32,000 nucleotides of DNA from Promethearchaeota archaeon. Lineage in GTDB: Archaea > Asgardarchaeota > Lokiarchaeia > Sigyniarchaeales > Promethearchaeaceae. Positions within the stretch are counted from its first letter, which is position 1, and every line of letters begins with the position of its first letter. Positions 28,743 through 32,000 of this stretch are shown piece after piece. The notes under the pieces are model-generated. The model was not told the DNA's origin and ran no database searches. It was given only the letters and a program-made list of their open reading frames with translations. Made by a program: the position numbers and the translations under genes. Location: NCBI GenBank assembly GCA_016933055.1, contig JAFGBS010000021.1, positions 90,001 through 122,000 on the forward strand. The letters are read 5' to 3'.

Positions 28743-29552
28743 ATGGTGTTCATAAAAAATTATAATTTCGTGAAGGACTTCACCTTGGGAAGAGAAGTTT
28801 TCAATCGAATCCTCTACCCCGTGCATTCCTATCTAATTGACAATATTCTCATAGATTCAGGTCCAATGACCGCTGAGAAACACTTTTTACCACTGATTGA
28901 AAAAGAAAAAGATTCTATCGATTATATTATCAACACTCACTGTCATGAGGATCACATAGGAAATAATCTAACTATTCAGAAAATGACCGGAGCACAAATT
29001 TATATCCATCCTTTGGGACTTGATACTCTAACTTATCCAAAATCGCTTGGTTTATATCCATATCAGAAATTTTTTTGGGGAACTCCCCCACCCTCGTCAG
29101 GTAACTCGATACCAAACACTGTAACCGGCAATCGTTTTATATTCCAGATACTTCACACTCCTGGGCATTCAGAAGATCATATATGCATCTATGAACCCGA
29201 TAATGGAATAATTTTTACCGGGGACTTGTATTGGGGACAAAAAATCATTTCATTTCGACCAATAGATGATTTTTATGCCATTAAACACTCCTTAGAGAAA
29301 ATTAATCAACTGGATATTGATGCAATCTATTGCGGATTTCGCGGACGAGTAGAACATGGCAACAAGGCAATCACCCGAAAATTAAATTATATGGAAACAT
29401 TGGAAAAAACTGTCAAAGCCCATGCCTTTCAAGGATATGACGTTAAATCTATAGTCAAAAGAACTTTAGGACGTGAAAATTACATGAAATGGCTTACGAA
29501 CGGGCAATTTTCGAAAGAAAATGTGATCTTATCCATTTTATCTCAAGATTAA
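28743..29552 (+). CDS. MBL-fold metallo-hydrolase (glyoxalase II-like)
   Basis: IDSG, THCHEDHIG, HTPGHSEDH, FTGDL. Confidence 0.9.
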   Translation: MVFIKNYNFVKDFTLGREVFNRILYPVHSYLIDNILIDSGPMTAEKHFLPLIEKEKDSIDYIINTHCHEDHIGNNLTIQKMTGAQIYIHPLGLDTLTYPKSLGLYPYQKFFWGTPPPSSGNSIPNTVTGNRFIFQILHTPGHSEDHICIYEPDNGIIFTGDLYWGQKIISFRPIDDFYAIKHSLEKINQLDIDAIYCGFRGRVEHGNKAITRKLNYMETLEKTVKAHAFQGYDVKSIVKRTLGRENYMKWLTNGQFSKENVILSILSQD

Positions 29553-29693
29553 CCAATTTTAAATCCACGCCCCTATTCGTAGGGACTACCCTAGAAGCCT
29601 ATTTGAGAAACAATACAAATGAGTAAATTTTTACGTAGGGGTGCCTAGTACCCTTGACATTATATATTGGGTATCCCATGTGTTTTCCTGCGG

Positions 29694-29788
29694 TTATCCC
29701 ATTTGGGTGGCTCTTTATCAAAGAATGAGACTAAATAAGGAATAGTATGATAGATAGAGCCTAAACGAGCGTTTAGGATATGGGATAG
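29694..29788. ncRNA. Candidate structured non-coding element (three-way junction)
   Basis: TATCCCAT(29695-702)/ATGGGATA(29780-787) encloses a GGCTCT..AGAGCC stem and a CTAAAC-GAGC-GTTTAG hairpin; TTATATAT at 29660-667. Confidence 0.35.
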
Positions 29789-30076
29789 ATGAGGATTTGA
29801 CAAATATTGATATATGAGCAAATATCAAGTTCCGTGTATGGAAAAAAATATTAAATATATCTTGAACCATCAAGTCAGGTAATACGAGCAAACCGCCTGT
29901 CCAGCCTAAACCGACACTTCAGTTTTTTCTCAAAAATCTCGGAATTCTAGAAAAGCTTAAGAAATCAAACGGAAGAAGATCAAAGAAAAACCCATTAAAA
30001 TTGCATTCCATAAAGCAATTTTAGCCAAGAAACATAAAATAACCACCATAGATTTGCTTCAAATTGTTTTGAAAGA

Positions 30077-30280
30077 TCAAAACTCAGAGAAATTGAAGTA
30101 GAACTTATTTTCTTTAGAGGGATATTTTTTCTTCATATATTCTTCATTGAAACCAGTTTCAAATTTCTTGATTATTTTCTCTAGTTTTGCTTTCTCTTGA
30201 AAATCATCCTTATCTCGTGCTGTAATGCGAAGATCTTGAAGGAATCGTTCCATATATTCCTTATCAGAAATCATTCTCAT
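30077..30280 (-). CDS. Small hypothetical charged protein (67 aa)
   Basis: Helical, charged composition; AAGGA upstream; divergent from the GH2 gene; family not recognised. Confidence 0.45.
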   Translation of the reverse strand: MRMISDKEYMERFLQDLRITARDKDDFQEKAKLEKIIKKFETGFNEEYMKKKYPSKENKFYFNFSEF

Positions 30281-30282
30281 AG

Positions 30283-32000
<1,718 letters not shown>

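Noticed and set aside
29694-29788. Hammerhead ribozyme or known riboswitch
   Set aside because: No CUGAnGA/GAAA core on either strand and no aptamer consensus that I recognise.

Overview
AT-rich window, most likely from an Asgard archaeon of the Lokiarchaeia. This is inferred from a Loki-CTERM-like IPGY-TM anchor, a longin-like cytoplasmic domain, archaeal TATA plus SD signals and several signal-peptide/C-terminal-TM surface proteins. In order, it encodes: a 3'-truncated beta-helix/Ca-binding-repeat/CARDB/TM/longin-like surface protein; an ADP-ribosylglycohydrolase; a cold-shock protein; three tandem membrane-anchored V8-like serine protease paralogues with a shared promoter and divergent specificity pockets; two 192-bp direct repeats, each with an SD and a 22-codon ORF, flanking four genes (membrane protein, OB+PUR fusion, stand-alone E2 acyltransferase domain, Loki-CTERM protein); a co-oriented DUF6293(CARF-like)-wHTH / WD40-like / beta-CASP nuclease cluster; TM2, ArsB/NhaD, zinc-finger, DUF1624-like and CoA-transferase-GNAT genes; a VapBC toxin-antitoxin pair; a partly decayed zone with a PKD fragment, an MBL hydrolase and a structured non-coding segment; and the 5' part of a GH2 beta-galactosidase. 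I saw no CRISPR array, rRNA, tRNA or intact transposase. All family calls come from motif recognition by eye, not database searches.
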